Positions 17,284 to 26,289 of a stretch of 64,000 nt of DNA are shown in pieces; position 1 is the first letter of the stretch; each line of letters begins with the position of its first letter. Under the pieces are notes generated by a model. That model had not been told where the DNA came from and ran no database searches. It saw only the letters and a list, made by a program, of their open reading frames with translations. Location of the stretch: the NCBI GenBank assembly GCA_050260275.1, contig JBLNBX010000206.1, forward strand, positions 40,653 through 104,652. Reading direction: 5' to 3'. The position numbers and the translations under genes are program-made. Source of the stretch: a bacterium. Lineage in GTDB: Bacteria; Acidobacteriota; Terriglobia; Bryobacterales; Bryobacteraceae.

Positions 17284-17996
17284 TCGCGCCTCCGCTCGCC
17301 GAACAGCGCCGTGCCGACGCGGATGTGCGTCGCACCCTCCTCGATAGCAACCTCGAAATCGTGCGACATACCCATGGACAGGCCGGAGATGCCGGCTTCG
17401 CGGGCGAGTTCCGCGAGGCGGCGGAAATAGGGGCGTGACAGCTCGGGATCTTCGGCCCACGGAGGCATAGTCATCAGACCCGTGAGCTTCAGGTTCGGGA
17501 GCGAGCGCACGGCAGCGGCGAGCGCAGGAAGCTCCTCGGGAGCCGCGCCCGATTTGGTCTGCTCCGGGGACAGCTTCACCTCTATCATCACCTCGAGCGG
17601 ACGCGCGGCGGCTTCGGGCCTAGCCTCAAGACCGCTCGCGACGGCCTCGCTCAGGCGGCGGGCGAGCTTCGGGGAGTCGACGGTCTGGACCACGTCGAAC
17701 AGGTCGGCGGCGCGGCGGGCCTTGTTCGATTGAAGATGCCCGATGAGGTGGAAGCGCGCGCCGGGCAGGCCGGCAACTTCCGGCTGTTTCTTCTCGAACT
17801 CCTGAACGTAGTTCTCGCCGAAATCGCGCAACCCGGCCTCATACGCTTCGCGGATGGCCGACGCGGGAAACATTTTGGTGACCGCGATGAGCGTTATATC
17901 TTCCCGGAGGCGCCCAGCGCGCATGGCCGCCCGGCGGATCCGTTCCTCAACCTGTTCGATGCGCTCGCGAAGCATTGGAGAAAGTCCAGCGTGCAA
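17280..17996 (-). CDS. yggS: YggS-family pyridoxal-phosphate homeostasis protein
   Basis: ITLIAVTKMFPASAIREAYEAGLRDFGENYVQEF and FHLIGHLQSNKARRA are YggS/PLPBP signatures. The Met at 17975 is an alternative start. Confidence 0.9.
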   Translation of the reverse strand: MHAGLSPMLRERIEQVEERIRRAAMRAGRLREDITLIAVTKMFPASAIREAYEAGLRDFGENYVQEFEKKQPEVAGLPGARFHLIGHLQSNKARRAADLFDVVQTVDSPKLARRLSEAVASGLEARPEAAARPLEVMIEVKLSPEQTKSGAAPEELPALAAAVRSLPNLKLTGLMTMPPWAEDPELSRPYFRRLAELAREAGISGLSMGMSHDFEVAIEEGATHIRVGTALFGERRRD

Positions 17997-18008
17997 CGCA
18001 CCAATTGT

Positions 18009-19490
18009 ATGATGGCGGCCAATGCTGCGGAAACGATCGAGAGATTTCTGAAGAACAGCGCGGAGCCGGCGCTGCTTGAGCCGGGCGAGGAGCCGTTTGC
18101 GCTGCGCGAGGGCTCCTACGCCGTCGAGACGCGCGGCGGACGGCTGCTGATCCAGGTGTGGGACGACAAGCGCAACCTGGTGCGGCGCATAGCGGGCGTG
18201 CGCGGAGAGCGGCCGGGGCAGATCGAGCTAACCATCGTACGTTTCGGCGGCGCGGAGGGGAGCATATCGCTGATCGATCGCGCGCGCGCCGGGCGCGAGA
18301 TCGAACGGCGCGGATCGCGTCTGGTGTTTCGCGAGCAGTTCCGGCGTTATCTCTCGCGGCAGTACCCGGGATGGGACATCGCAGAGCTGAGCACGGAGCC
18401 CAATCTCGAAGAGAGCCTGTCGCCGGCCTACCCAAGGGCCTTCCTGAAGCGCGGGGCGTGCGGCTGGGCGGCGATAGGCGCGCCGCCCGGAGCTGCACCG
18501 GGCGCGCTGACGTTCGGGCTGGTATGGCTCGACTATCTGAGAAAGCGTGAGCGGCGGACGGCCGTCGAGGGGCTCGCGATCTTCCTGGCCGAGGATGAGG
18601 CGCGCGCTACGTGCCTCCGGCTGGCGTGGCTGAACAAGAACATGGCGCGCTACGCCGTGTTCATTTATTCCGAGCAGGGATACGAGCAGCGTGTGGATCC
18701 CACTGATTTCGGGAACCTCGACACGCGCCTGGAGGCGTGCGCGACGCGAGCCCGCGTCACGGATGCGGCCGTCGAGTCCCTGATCGAGCGCCTGTGCGAG
18801 CTGCCGTACGTTGAGCGGCGGCTGAGGCCGGACGGCCAGGTGAGTTTGAGGGTGCGCGGGCTCGAGTTCGCGAGGACCACGCGCGCGGGGCTGACGTTCG
18901 GGCTGCGGCAGCGCGCGAGACTGACGGAGCGGAACCTCGGCGAGGCGCTGGACCTCGCTCGCGAGCTAGCGCGCATGCGCTCGGCAAAGGCTGTCGACCG
19001 CAGCAATCCGTTGTACAGGCTTCGTCCGGAAGGATGGCTGGAATCGGAGATACGCCGCGACTTGCAGCGCATCGATGCGACGCTCCTGCCCGAACCGGTA
19101 TACGGCCAGGTGCCGGCGATGACTGGCGGCGAGCGCGGCGTGCTGGACCTGCTCGCGGCGGATTGCACCGGGCGGCTCGCGGTCATCGAGATCAAGGCCT
19201 CCGAGGACATCCAGCTTCCGCTGCAGGCGCTGGACTACTGGATGCGTGTGAAAATGCACGCCGAACGCGGCGAGTTCGCGGCGTGCGGCTACTTCCCCGG
19301 AATAGAACTACGGCGCGACCCGCCCCGGCTGCTGCTCGTGGCTCCGTCGCTTGCGTTTCACCCGAAAACGGAGACGGTTCTGCGGTTCCTGGCGCCGTCG
19401 ATCGAGGTTGAACGGATCGGCCTGGGAGTAGAATGGCGGCAGGGGCCGAGTGTGGTTTTTCGCCTTAGAGGGGCGGAACGGCCGGCCTGA
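18009..19490 (+). CDS. Uncharacterised protein with a C-terminal NucS/DUF91-like PD-(D/E)xK nuclease domain
   Basis: Start taken at ATGATG (18009); the upstream part of ORF 17730..19490 is antisense to yggS. The C-terminus reads EGWLESEIRRDLQRID...GERGVLDLLAADCTGRLAVIEIKASEDIQLPLQALDYW, matching the D...(D/E)xK core and the layout of NucS-type endonuclease domains. The N-terminal roughly 350 aa are unassigned. Confidence 0.6.
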   Translation: MMAANAAETIERFLKNSAEPALLEPGEEPFALREGSYAVETRGGRLLIQVWDDKRNLVRRIAGVRGERPGQIELTIVRFGGAEGSISLIDRARAGREIERRGSRLVFREQFRRYLSRQYPGWDIAELSTEPNLEESLSPAYPRAFLKRGACGWAAIGAPPGAAPGALTFGLVWLDYLRKRERRTAVEGLAIFLAEDEARATCLRLAWLNKNMARYAVFIYSEQGYEQRVDPTDFGNLDTRLEACATRARVTDAAVESLIERLCELPYVERRLRPDGQVSLRVRGLEFARTTRAGLTFGLRQRARLTERNLGEALDLARELARMRSAKAVDRSNPLYRLRPEGWLESEIRRDLQRIDATLLPEPVYGQVPAMTGGERGVLDLLAADCTGRLAVIEIKASEDIQLPLQALDYWMRVKMHAERGEFAACGYFPGIELRRDPPRLLLVAPSLAFHPKTETVLRFLAPSIEVERIGLGVEWRQGPSVVFRLRGAERPA

Positions 19491-19496
19491 GATACT

Positions 19497-20381
19497 ATGG
19501 CGAACGAGCTTTACAGCCAGATACGGACCGCTTTCCGGCATCTGAACCCACACGAGTTGCGTGAGATGGCGGAGCGGCCGCTGAATATCGGCATCGTCGC
19601 AGCGAGCGGCGAGAACTACGAGCGGATAGTCGACGAGCTGCTGGGACCGCCGACGTCGCGCGCGCGCCGACGCGAGGTTGAAGGCGTGCTGCACCGCGCC
19701 GCAGGAAGGGAGCCGAACGGATACGACCTGCTTCTGTGCGACGAAGAACTTCTGTGCCCCCCGAAGGCGTTCCGGTTTCGCCTGTCCGAACCCCGCGTGA
19801 CTGTGGAAGAGATACTCGACCGCCGCAGCGATCTCGCTCTGCCACTGGCGCGTTCGTTCGCTCCGTTCCGCAGGCCGGTGGCCGCCAGAATAGTGAAGAC
19901 TATCGCGAAAGAGAACGCCGCCTTTGCGGCGGTGAGCGCGCTGCCGAACGTCGTCCCGGGCTTCATCCAGCTTCCGTGGGCGATCGGCGAGTTCGCCTCC
20001 GACACAGCATTCCTCACGATGAACCAGGTGCGGATGGCGTTCCTGATAGCCGCAGCCAGCGATCGCGACATCGGCTACCGTGAGCAGCGGGCACAGATCG
20101 CGAGCATCGTGGGCGGCGCCTTCGGCTGGCGCGCGATCGCGCGCGAGCTGGTGGGGAAGATCCCGCTCGGCGGCGGAATCATCCCAAAGGCGGCTATCGC
20201 CTACGCGGGGACATATACGGTGGGCGTCGCGCTGGAGCGCTTCTACCGCATCGGCTATGGCATGACGCGAGCTGAGCGGCGCGAGACGTACGAGAAGGCC
20301 TTCGAGCGCGGCAAACAGATCGTCGCGGATATCATCGAGGCGTCGCGCGGCGAGCCGCAGCCCGAACAGCGCAGGCTGTAG
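19497..20381 (+). CDS. Hypothetical protein, DUF697-like C-terminal region (tentative)
   Basis: 294 aa, starting 6 nt after the previous stop. The segment ENAAFAAVSALPNVVPGFIQLPWAIGEFASDTAFLTMNQVRMAFLIAAA...GGIIPKAAIAYAGTYTVGVA resembles DUF697, a domain often fused to GTPases. No P-loop is present here. Confidence 0.5.
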   Translation: MANELYSQIRTAFRHLNPHELREMAERPLNIGIVAASGENYERIVDELLGPPTSRARRREVEGVLHRAAGREPNGYDLLLCDEELLCPPKAFRFRLSEPRVTVEEILDRRSDLALPLARSFAPFRRPVAARIVKTIAKENAAFAAVSALPNVVPGFIQLPWAIGEFASDTAFLTMNQVRMAFLIAAASDRDIGYREQRAQIASIVGGAFGWRAIARELVGKIPLGGGIIPKAAIAYAGTYTVGVALERFYRIGYGMTRAERRETYEKAFERGKQIVADIIEASRGEPQPEQRRL

Positions 20382-20408
20382 GCAATCGCGGCGCAGCGGA
20401 GCAGAAGC

Positions 20409-21068
20409 TCAGCGGAGCTTGAGCGCGGCCTGACGCTCCCCCGTGTCGTACAGCAGTTCGAGCGCCTTGATCTTCTTCAGCTTGCCCTTGTAGTAGAAGT
20501 ACAGGAATCCGCTGACCGGGCCGCGGGTGGGACCCTCTGGGAGCGCAGCGTGCGTCACCATCTCCTCGGGGGGCATCTCGCCATCTTCGGCGCGATCCAC
20601 AGAGACCGTTCCTGGCACGCGCGTCTCTCCGGGACGGCGGTCTCCTGGGAAGCGCTCCACGGGGCGGCGGCGCCTGAGTATCACGCCCCTGTCGCCCGAG
20701 CCGGCGGCAACCTCTAACCCGGGCTGCATGCTCCAGTCCGGATACTTGAGCACTGCGGCGGCGGACGCTGCCGGTTGCGGCAAAAGAATCTGTTTGCCGT
20801 TCACACGCAGCCTGAAGTGCCCGGCGGAGACCTCCAGCGTGCTTCCGGCGGCCGGGTACAGAGCAGCGTCTACGACTATGTGCTCCGGAATGACGATCAT
20901 GCCCCTGCCCGTTCCGGCGCTCCGGGCCAGGTACTCGGCGCCGAGCGATACGCCGCCTGCTTCGGCGTTCGCGGGGTAATCGGATGCGTTGCGGCGCGTC
21001 TCGGTACCGTGTTGAGCTGCGGCGCAGACGGCCAACATGAACACCGCGGTTGCGAGGCGCGTCAACAT
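20409..21068 (-). CDS. Hypothetical exported protein
   Basis: The Met at 21068 gives a signal peptide (MLTRLATAVFMLAVCAAAQ). No domain recognised. The ORF is open to 21152. Confidence 0.5.
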   Translation of the reverse strand: MLTRLATAVFMLAVCAAAQHGTETRRNASDYPANAEAGGVSLGAEYLARSAGTGRGMIVIPEHIVVDAALYPAAGSTLEVSAGHFRLRVNGKQILLPQPAASAAAVLKYPDWSMQPGLEVAAGSGDRGVILRRRRPVERFPGDRRPGETRVPGTVSVDRAEDGEMPPEEMVTHAALPEGPTRGPVSGFLYFYYKGKLKKIKALELLYDTGERQAALKLR

Positions 21069-21076
21069 GCCTGAAG

Positions 21077-21082
21077 TATAAT
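21077..21082 (+). promoter_or_regulatory. Consensus -10 hexamer TATAAT, 10 nt upstream of the dacB ATG (possible leaderless or near-leaderless promoter)
   Basis: A perfect TATAAT sits in a GC-rich 24-nt divergent spacer. There is no Shine-Dalgarno sequence between it and the ATG at 21093, and I found no good -35. Confidence 0.3.
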
Positions 21083-21092
21083 CCGAGTTCTG

Positions 21093-22481
21093 ATGCGGTT
21101 TCTTGCGGTGTTGTTGGTCGCCGCGTGGCCGGTGGCCGGCCAGACGCTCCAAAGGCAGGTGGAGTCGCTCATACGGTCAAAGCCGGCGGCCGAGCGCGCC
21201 TTCTGGGGGGTGAAGGCGGTCGACCTCACGACGGGGCAGACTCTCGTCTCGATCAACTCCGGCCGGCTCTTTCGTCCGGCATCGAACACCAAGCTGTTTA
21301 CAACGGCGTTCGCGCTGTCGCGCCTGGGGCCGGAGCACGTGACGCACACGGTTGTGACGTCCGAGACCGCGCCTGACCAGGCCGGGCGCATCAGCGGCGA
21401 CCTCACGCTCATCGGCGGTGGCGATCCCACGCTCAAACTCGGCGACCTTGCCGATCGCATTGTGGCCGCGGGAGTGCGGGCTATCGACGGAGATATCGTC
21501 GGCGACGACACCGCGTACGAATGGGAGCCGTATCCGGAAGGCTGGACGATAGACGATTCCACGTGGGACTACGGCGCACCCGTCAGCGCGCTTGCGCTCA
21601 ACGACAACGTCTTCCGGGTCACGCTGAGTCCGGGGCCGGCAGCCGGCCCGCCCGTTGCGACGCTTACGCCCGCTTCGGATTCGATCACGATCGACAACCG
21701 CGTGCGGTGGAGCAGTTCGGGTGAACGCGATATCGTCGTCGAGCGCGGAGAGGGTTGGCTGCGCATCTCGGGAACGATGCCGCGGCGCACGGTGGTGCTG
21801 CTGCTGGCCGGCGGCGACCCCGCACTGAACGCCGCGCAAGCGCTGCGTGAAGCGCTGCTCCAACGTGGTGTGGCGGTGCGTGGCCGCGCCGTAGCGCGCC
21901 ACCGGCGGCAGGGTGAGGAGGCTCCGCCGCAGCAAGGAATAGAACTCGCGCGCATCGCTTCCCCGCCCCTCCTGGAGGTGCTTCGAACCATCACCAAGGA
22001 CAGCCAGAACCTGTATGCCGAGATGGTGCTGCGCGAGGCGGCGCGCGCCAGCTCCGGCGGGACCAGCCGGGCCGCCGGTCTCGCAGGCCGCAAGGCGTTT
22101 CTGGCGGAACTCGGAATTACCGAGGCCGAGTGCGCGCTCAAGGATGGCTCGGGCCTTGCGCGGCAGAACTTCGCGACGCCCAACGCTATCGTCAGGCTGC
22201 TCGAGCGAATGCACGCATCGAGGGATCGGGATGCATGGCTTTCGCTACTTCCCACCGGGGGCAAGGATGGAACGCTTGCCGGCCGCTTCGGAGGAAGCGC
22301 GAACGCACGCCGCATACGGGCAAAAACGGGCACGCTCGACGGCGTGTCCGCTCTGTCGGGCTATGCCGATCGCGCACGCGGCGGGCGCGTCGCCTTCTCG
22401 ATTCTCGTGAACAACTATGCGGGCAACAGCGGCGAGATACGGTCCGTGATGGACCGCATCGCGCTGCTGCTCGCGCGGTGA
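21093..22481 (+). CDS. dacB: D-alanyl-D-alanine carboxypeptidase/endopeptidase (PBP4, peptidase S13)
   Basis: Signal peptide plus the motifs FRPASNTKLFT (SxxK), KDGSGLAR (SxN-type) and KTGTLDGVSALSGY (KTG). Confidence 0.9.
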   Translation: MRFLAVLLVAAWPVAGQTLQRQVESLIRSKPAAERAFWGVKAVDLTTGQTLVSINSGRLFRPASNTKLFTTAFALSRLGPEHVTHTVVTSETAPDQAGRISGDLTLIGGGDPTLKLGDLADRIVAAGVRAIDGDIVGDDTAYEWEPYPEGWTIDDSTWDYGAPVSALALNDNVFRVTLSPGPAAGPPVATLTPASDSITIDNRVRWSSSGERDIVVERGEGWLRISGTMPRRTVVLLLAGGDPALNAAQALREALLQRGVAVRGRAVARHRRQGEEAPPQQGIELARIASPPLLEVLRTITKDSQNLYAEMVLREAARASSGGTSRAAGLAGRKAFLAELGITEAECALKDGSGLARQNFATPNAIVRLLERMHASRDRDAWLSLLPTGGKDGTLAGRFGGSANARRIRAKTGTLDGVSALSGYADRARGGRVAFSILVNNYAGNSGEIRSVMDRIALLLAR

Positions 22482-22491
22482 GCCCGCCTCG

Positions 22492-24219
22492 CTACTCAGC
22501 AGCCGCCTCGGCGCGGCGTGAGGTCGCGTATCCGATGAGAGCCAGCACCGCCGCCCCCGCCACGGCATAGAGCACCATGCCGATGAACGCGCTATTCGCG
22601 GCCTGCCTTGCCGCCGCGTCGGCCAGGTTCGCGCCGCGCGAGATCACGTCTTCGAAGCTGAGCGTCTCGCCCCCGGGTCCCAGCGGACGCATGAGGAAGC
22701 CGACCACGCCGCCGGCCAGGAATCCAATATTGGACAGCATCATCGTGCGGTCGATGCGCGACAGCGCGCCTGCCTCACCATCGCGGGCGCGCAGAGCGCT
22801 GTGGCGCCGGCTATAGCCGAAAAAGATGATCTGGCCGATGACGAGCCAGATGACGAGCCGAGTCCAGTTGTCGGGGCCGAGCGAGTACATCATGGCGGCA
22901 TTCGTGAGGATGCCGAGGATGGGCACGAGCGGCACGAGCGGCGTGCGGAAAGGCCGGCGCACGTCAGGCTGCGTCCGGCGCATGATCAGGATTCCGCCTG
23001 AGACGATCACGAACGCAAACAGCGTACCGATGCTCGTCATGTGTCCCACCACCTGCAGCGGCAGGAACGCCGCCAGCACCGCGACGAAAAGGCCGAACAG
23101 CAGATTCGAGCGCCAGGGCGTCGCAAAACGCGGATGGACGTCGGAGAAGACCTTCGGCACGAGGCGGTCGCGCGACATGGAGTAGAACACGCGCGACTGG
23201 CCGAGCAGCATGACCAGTATCACGGAGGTGAACCCGGCGATGATGCCGAGCTTCACGGCGGTGCGCAGCCAGGGGTACGGAGTGCGGTCGATGGCGACGG
23301 CCACCGGCGCGGCGACGTTCAGTTCCTTGTAGCTTACGATGCCCGTCAGCACCAGCGAGAAAAGCACGTAGAGCACGGTGCAGATGGCCAGCGACCCGAT
23401 GATGCCGATCGGCATGTTCCGCTGCGGGTTCTTGGCTTCCTGCGCAGCGGTGGAAACCGCGTCGAAACCTATATATGCGAAGAATATCGTTCCCGCGCCA
23501 GCCATGATGCCGCTGAAACCGAACTTCCCGAAAGTACCCTCGTTCGGCGGAATGAACGGCTGGTAGTTGCTGTAGTTGACGTACATCCAGCCGAGCGCGA
23601 TGAAGACCAGCACGACCGCGAGCTTGATCACGACGATGATCGCGTTCGTCCGCGCGGACTCCCTGATGCCGAGCATGAGCAGCAGCGAGATCATCGTCAC
23701 GATGAAAACGGCCGGCAGATTGATGACGCCCTGAATCTGCGTGCCGTCCGGAAGCGTGAGCGCCTCGAACGGGGATGACACGAGCTGCGCCGGAAGGTGA
23801 ATGCCAAACTCGTTCAGCAGCGACACAACGTAGGCGCTCCAGGAGATCGACACGGTCGCCGCCCCAACGGCGTACTCAAGAACCAGGTCCCAGCCGATGA
23901 TCCAAGCCAGCCACTCGCCCATGGTGGTGTAGGCGTAGGTGTAGGCGCTGCCGGCAACCGGGATCATGGTGGCGAACTCGCTGTAACAGAGGCCGGCAAA
24001 GAGACAGCCGGTCGCGGCGACCACCATCGAAAGCGCGACCGCTGGACCGGCGTTCTGCGCCGCCGCAAGCCCGGTGAGCGAAAACAGCCCCGCGCCGATG
24101 ATCGCGCCAATACCCAACGCAATCAGGTTCCAGGGACCAAGCGCTCGCTTGAGTACCTGCCCTTCAGCTTCTTCGTGAAGCTCGCTGACCGATTTCCTCG
24201 CGAAAAGAGTACTTGCCAT
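22492..24219 (-). CDS. APC-superfamily amino acid permease (cationic amino acid transporter-like)
   Basis: LGPWNLIALGIGAIIGAGLFSLTG at the N-terminus, more than 12 TM segments and a long C-terminal extension with additional TMs. Confidence 0.9.
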   Translation of the reverse strand: MASTLFARKSVSELHEEAEGQVLKRALGPWNLIALGIGAIIGAGLFSLTGLAAAQNAGPAVALSMVVAATGCLFAGLCYSEFATMIPVAGSAYTYAYTTMGEWLAWIIGWDLVLEYAVGAATVSISWSAYVVSLLNEFGIHLPAQLVSSPFEALTLPDGTQIQGVINLPAVFIVTMISLLLMLGIRESARTNAIIVVIKLAVVLVFIALGWMYVNYSNYQPFIPPNEGTFGKFGFSGIMAGAGTIFFAYIGFDAVSTAAQEAKNPQRNMPIGIIGSLAICTVLYVLFSLVLTGIVSYKELNVAAPVAVAIDRTPYPWLRTAVKLGIIAGFTSVILVMLLGQSRVFYSMSRDRLVPKVFSDVHPRFATPWRSNLLFGLFVAVLAAFLPLQVVGHMTSIGTLFAFVIVSGGILIMRRTQPDVRRPFRTPLVPLVPILGILTNAAMMYSLGPDNWTRLVIWLVIGQIIFFGYSRRHSALRARDGEAGALSRIDRTMMLSNIGFLAGGVVGFLMRPLGPGGETLSFEDVISRGANLADAAARQAANSAFIGMVLYAVAGAAVLALIGYATSRRAEAAAE

Positions 24220-24228
24220 GCAGAAACC

Positions 24229-25617
24229 TCACGCCGCGGACGCCCGCGAGCGCCAGATGTAGTAGACCGGCACGCCCATGAGGACGAGAATCAGCCCCGG
24301 CCATGTATAGAACGGTTTATAGAGCAGAAGCAGAACCTCAATCACGCCCGCGGCCGCAATGTAGAGCGCGGGCAGCACGGGGTAACCCGCGGCGCGATAT
24401 GGACGCTCGAGTTCCGGACGCTTCCGCCGCAGGACGAAAATGCCCGCGATCGTCATCATGTAGAACAACAAAACGGCGAATATAACATAGTCCAGGAGAT
24501 CGCTATACGTGCCGCTGAGCGTTAGCGCGCACGCCCAAACGCATTGCAGCCCGAGGGAGGCCACCGGTGTCCGCCGCACCGGATCAAGCTCCGCCACCTG
24601 ACGGAAGAACAGCTTGTCGAGCGCCATGGCGTAGTATACGCGCGCTCCAGCCAGGATCATGCCGTTGAGGCATCCGAACGTCGAGACCATGATGGCCACC
24701 GCCATCACCTGCACGCCGGCCGGCCCGAGGATGCCGGAGGCAGCGGCGGTCGCTACGCGGTCCTCAGCGGCGTTCTGGATGCCGGCGAGCGGCAGCACGC
24801 TGAGGTACACAAAGTTGCACGCGAGGTAGATCAGCGAAACGGTGCCCACGCCGATGCCGAGCGCCAGCGGAACGTTTCGCCGCGGGTTGCGGATCTCGCC
24901 CGCGGTGAAGGTGACGTTGTTCCAGGCGTCCGAGGAGAACAGCGCGCCTACGAGCGCCACGCCGAGAATGCGAATGGTCGTCCAGCTCCAGTCCGCGTTA
25001 TCCCAGAAGCCGCCGAAGTTCTGGGCGATGGCTTCGGGGTTACGGCCGAGCAGCAGCCCTAATCCCACAAGCCCAAGCAGCGCCCCGACCTTGGCGAACG
25101 TGAAAACGTTCTGCACGGCGGCGCCGGTCTTCACGCCGCGCGTATTCACCCAGGTCAGCGCGACGAGCACGCCTATCGCTACCAACTGCTGCGTGCTGAT
25201 GAACGGCAGCAGTTTGTTCGTGGTGGAGATCCAGGGCACGAGGACGCCGGCAAACTTGGCGAACGCGACGGCAACGGCGGCTATGGTGCCAGTCTGGATT
25301 ACCAGGAACAGCGTCCAGCCGTACAGGAATGCGCTGAGCGGCCCGAAGGCTTCGCGCAGATAGACGTACTGCCCTCCAGCCTGCGGAAATGCGGCAGCCA
25401 GTTCGCCGTAGCTGAGCGCAGCGGTCATAGTGAGCGCTGCCGTGATGACCCACGTGAGGATGAGCAGCCCGGGAGACTGCACCTGCCGCGCTATGTCTGC
25501 GGCAACGATGAATATGCCCGAGCCGATCATAGAACCGATGACCAGCGTGGTTGCGTCGAGCAGCCCCAGCCCCTTTACGAGCCCAGGCGCGGTCACTTCT
25601 TCAGGAGTCGTGCCCAT
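24229..25617 (-). CDS. APC-family amino acid transporter (LAT/SteT-like exchanger)
   Basis: LGLLDATTLVIGSMIGSGIFIV...LSYGELAAAFPQAGGQYVYLREAFGP is typical of the L-type amino acid transporter subfamily. 12 TM segments. Confidence 0.9.
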   Translation of the reverse strand: MGTTPEEVTAPGLVKGLGLLDATTLVIGSMIGSGIFIVAADIARQVQSPGLLILTWVITAALTMTAALSYGELAAAFPQAGGQYVYLREAFGPLSAFLYGWTLFLVIQTGTIAAVAVAFAKFAGVLVPWISTTNKLLPFISTQQLVAIGVLVALTWVNTRGVKTGAAVQNVFTFAKVGALLGLVGLGLLLGRNPEAIAQNFGGFWDNADWSWTTIRILGVALVGALFSSDAWNNVTFTAGEIRNPRRNVPLALGIGVGTVSLIYLACNFVYLSVLPLAGIQNAAEDRVATAAASGILGPAGVQVMAVAIMVSTFGCLNGMILAGARVYYAMALDKLFFRQVAELDPVRRTPVASLGLQCVWACALTLSGTYSDLLDYVIFAVLLFYMMTIAGIFVLRRKRPELERPYRAAGYPVLPALYIAAAGVIEVLLLLYKPFYTWPGLILVLMGVPVYYIWRSRASAA

Positions 25618-26237
25618 TCTTCAATCCGCGAGCGGATGGTTTCGGGGGTACAGGGATCCGGCAGCACGTCGCCAATAACGGCGAGCGAGTCCGCGCCCGC
25701 GGCGAGCGTCTCGAGAGCATTCGCACGGGTGATTCCGCCGATAGCGACGAGCGGCCGGCCGGCCGCGCCCTCCTTCGCCGCACGCAGGCCATCCAGACCG
25801 GCCACAGGGTCGGGATTCTCCTTGGAAGCGGTCGGATTCACGGGTCCGAAAGCCAGATAGTCGACCGGCTGCCCGGCGGCGGCCGCCACCTGCTCCTGGT
25901 TGTGGGTGGAGTAGCCCAGGATTCGGTCCGGACCAATGAGCCTCCGGGCGATGTGCGCCGGAACGTCGTCCTGCCCGACATGCAGGCCGGCATCGAGCAT
26001 CATGGCGATGTCGGCGCGGTCGTCGATGATGTAGAGCGCGCCCGCCGAGCGGCACAACCCTGCGATGCGTTCGGCCTGTTCGAAAACGCCGCGTGTGAAG
26101 TTGCCTTTGTGCCGGAACTGAAGGATGCGCGCGCCGCCCTCAAGCATGGCCGCGGCGGCCGAGAAGGCGTCACAGCCGCGCCGCTCCAGCGTGGCGGTAT
26201 CGAGGATCGGATACAGGAGGGGTAGTTCTGCTTTCAA
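25593..26237 (-). CDS. thiE: Thiamine-phosphate synthase
   Basis: LYPILD..., ILQFRHK, YIIDDRADIAMMLDAGLHVGQDD, YLAFGPVNPTASK and VAIGGIT are ThiE blocks. The 3' end overlaps the permease start by 25 nt. Confidence 0.9.
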   Translation of the reverse strand: MKAELPLLYPILDTATLERRGCDAFSAAAAMLEGGARILQFRHKGNFTRGVFEQAERIAGLCRSAGALYIIDDRADIAMMLDAGLHVGQDDVPAHIARRLIGPDRILGYSTHNQEQVAAAAGQPVDYLAFGPVNPTASKENPDPVAGLDGLRAAKEGAAGRPLVAIGGITRANALETLAAGADSLAVIGDVLPDPCTPETIRSRIEEWARLLKK

Positions 26238-26289
26238 CCGGATTTCTCAATGATAACGCGGGAGCGTATCAGTCTGTACAATTCGAACA

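Noticed and set aside
17960-17990. RNase P RNA-like AAAGTCC motif (gagaaagtccagc)
   Set aside because: It is an isolated 7-mer inside the yggS coding region. The surrounding sequence lacks the GGAAAGTCCGGGC context and the other conserved RNase P helices. I also saw no tmRNA, SRP RNA or riboswitch signatures elsewhere in the window.
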